Shown here in pieces: positions 5,675-7,129 of a DNA stretch of 7,129 nt. Position numbers and translations under genes: made by a program. Each line of letters opens with the position of its first letter. Position 1 is the stretch's first letter. This stretch comes from a virus (lineage: Duplodnaviria > Heunggongvirae > Uroviricota > Caudoviricetes): IMG/VR virus record IMGVR_UViG_2651869750_000012, one strand, 5' to 3'. The notes beneath the pieces are model-generated. The model saw nothing but the letters and a program-made list of their open reading frames with translations. It ran no database searches and was not told the DNA's origin.

Positions 5675-5724
5675 GTGGAGAAACCAACCGACCTTGCAGG
5701 GTCGATATGATGAGGAGCAGCAAA

Positions 5725-6087
5725 ATGGCTAGCGAACGCAGTACTGATGTGCAGGCATTTATCGGGGAGCTGGACGGCGGCGTATTTGAAACCAAAATCG
5801 GCGCAGTTCTCAGTGAGGTCGCTTCCGGTGTGATGAACACGAAAACCAAAGGGAAGGTCTCACTCAATCTGGAAATCGAACCGTTTGATGAGAACCGTGT
5901 GAAAATCAAACACAAACTCTCATATGTTCGCCCAACTAACCGCGGGAAAATTTCCGAAGAAGACACCACCGAAACGCCGATGTATGTCAATCGCGGTGGT
6001 CGCCTGACTATTCTGCAGGAAGACCAGGGACAATTACTGACTCTTGCCGGTGAACCTGACGGAAAACTCCGCGCAGCAGGTCATTAA
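5725..6087 (+). CDS. yfdP: YfdP-like prophage protein of unknown function (120 aa)
   Basis: The track ORF 5539..6087 begins at a TTG and runs through the terminator hairpin. The internal ATG at 5725 is preceded by GAGGAG (5712-5717) at 7-nt spacing and gives 120 aa, matching my recollection of K-12 YfdP length. Gene symbol is from memory, unverified. Confidence 0.65.
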   Translation: MASERSTDVQAFIGELDGGVFETKIGAVLSEVASGVMNTKTKGKVSLNLEIEPFDENRVKIKHKLSYVRPTNRGKISEEDTTETPMYVNRGGRLTILQEDQGQLLTLAGEPDGKLRAAGH

Positions 6088-6152
6088 TATCGTTCTTAAT
6101 TAACTGATTATTTATCTCATCACTGAATATCTTTATATAGTGAGGACTTATT

Positions 6153-6977
6153 ATGTCTCAGAACTTAGACGCAACCGCAATTAATCAAATCCATGCCCTT
6201 ATTTCTGCTCAGGGTGTTAATGAAATTATCAGTAAGATTGGTGCCGATGCTGTGGCATTGCCTGAGAATTTCCGCATTCATGATCTGGAAAAATTTAATT
6301 TAAATCGCTTCCGTTTCCGTGGTGCACTTTCCACTGCCAGCATCGATGATTTTACCCGTTATTCTAAAGATCTTGCAGATGAAGGCACCCGCTGCTTTAT
6401 CGATGCCGATAATATGCGTGCCGTCAGTGTGCTTAACCTGGGTACTATTGATGAGCCAGGTCACGCAGATAACACTGCCACTCTCAAACTGAAAAAGACA
6501 GCACCGTTCTCTGCTCTGTTGTCTGTTAACGGCGAGCGTAACTCCCAGAAGTCACTGGCAGAATGGATCGAAGACTGGGCCGACTACCTTGTGGGCTTTG
6601 ATGCTAATGGTGACGCCATTCAAGCAACAAAAGCGGCTGCGGCAGTCCGTAAAATCACGATTGAAGCAAACCAGACCGCTGATTTTGAAGATAATGACTT
6701 CAGCGGCAAACGCTCCCTGATGGAGTCTGTCGAAGCGAAGACCAAAGACATTATGCCAGTGGCATTTGAATTTAAATGCGTTCCGTTTGAAGGTCTGAAA
6801 GAACGTCCGTTTAAATTACGCCTCAGCATTATCACTGGCGATCGTCCTGTACTGGTTCTGCGCATTATTCAGCTGGAAGCGGTGCAGGAAGAAATGGCTA
6901 ACGAATTTCGTGATCTGCTTGTTGAGAAATTCAAAGACAGCAAAGTAGAAACCTTTATTGGTACTTTCACCGCCTGA
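6153..6977 (+). CDS. yfdQ: YfdQ-like prophage protein of unknown function (274 aa; DUF2303-type as I recall)
   Basis: Clean 274-aa ORF with GTGAGGA 6 nt upstream of the ATG; the length equals what I recall for K-12 YfdQ. I recognise no catalytic motif. Gene symbol is from memory, unverified. Confidence 0.75.
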   Translation: MSQNLDATAINQIHALISAQGVNEIISKIGADAVALPENFRIHDLEKFNLNRFRFRGALSTASIDDFTRYSKDLADEGTRCFIDADNMRAVSVLNLGTIDEPGHADNTATLKLKKTAPFSALLSVNGERNSQKSLAEWIEDWADYLVGFDANGDAIQATKAAAAVRKITIEANQTADFEDNDFSGKRSLMESVEAKTKDIMPVAFEFKCVPFEGLKERPFKLRLSIITGDRPVLVLRIIQLEAVQEEMANEFRDLLVEKFKDSKVETFIGTFTA

Positions 6978-6989
6978 TTTCATTACTGC

Positions 6990-7011
6990 AAATGCCCCTG
7001 CGGGGGCATTT
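6990..7011 (+). terminator. Hairpin downstream of the YfdQ-like gene (weak or partial terminator, or RNA stability element)
   Basis: AAATGCCCC (6990-6998), loop TGCG, GGGGCATTT (7003-7011), 13 nt after the stop codon. The only U-tract is the three T's inside the stem end, so termination is probably weak. Confidence 0.3.
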
Positions 7012-7059
7012 ATGGAAACGTAATTAACTCAATAATCACCGGATGGTGAGGGCTTCCTT

Positions 7060-7129
<70 letters not shown>

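Noticed and set aside
5539-5724. N-terminal extension of the YfdP-like ORF from a TTG at 5539
   Set aside because: The extension would be translated through the terminator hairpin and the long inverted repeat. The ATG at 5725 has a consensus GAGGAG SD and yields the expected 120 aa.
6088-6152. Possible internal promoter in the AT-rich spacer between the YfdP-like and YfdQ-like genes
   Set aside because: No convincing -35/-10 pair at proper spacing; the AT-richness is adequately explained by the ribosome-binding region of the downstream gene.
5622-6865. Antisense ORFs 5622..5990 and 6620..6865
   Set aside because: They overlap the YfdP-like and YfdQ-like genes on the opposite strand; the first also spans the leader stem region. 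No supporting signals.

Overview
This window is the immunity, early-regulatory, replication and nin region of a lambdoid enterobacterial prophage. From memory (not searched) it looks like an intact relative of the degraded E. coli K-12 CPS-53/KpLE1 prophage. A leftward (minus-strand) early-right operon runs: Cro-like (YdaS-type) -> CII-like -> 278-aa unknown -> 78-aa unknown -> lambda O-like replication initiator with iteron-like repeats inside it -> PerC-domain regulator (YfdN-like) -> phage Dam-family N6-adenine methyltransferase -> RusA Holliday-junction resolvase -> start of a further gene that runs off the left edge. Most of these genes are joined by start/stop overlaps. Divergently, a cI repressor (HTH plus LexA-like S24 autopeptidase) is read rightward and ends in an intrinsic terminator. 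Downstream of it is a strong sigma70-like promoter (early-left, PL analogue) overlapped by tandem 19-bp operator-like palindromes with the same half-site (ATGTAYC) as those in the cro-cI intergenic region. That promoter feeds a ~600-nt untranslated, structured leader containing an intrinsic terminator and a 15-bp long-range inverted repeat, followed by two conserved genes of unknown function (YfdP-like, YfdQ-like). No tRNA, rRNA, CRISPR array, integrase or transposase was seen. Most antisense ORFs in the six-frame track are judged spurious. The best candidates for undescribed biology are the coupled 278-aa/78-aa pair between the CII-like and O-like genes, and the long structured leader in a phage with no visible N-like antiterminator. 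All family assignments are from reading motifs by eye; no database search was possible.
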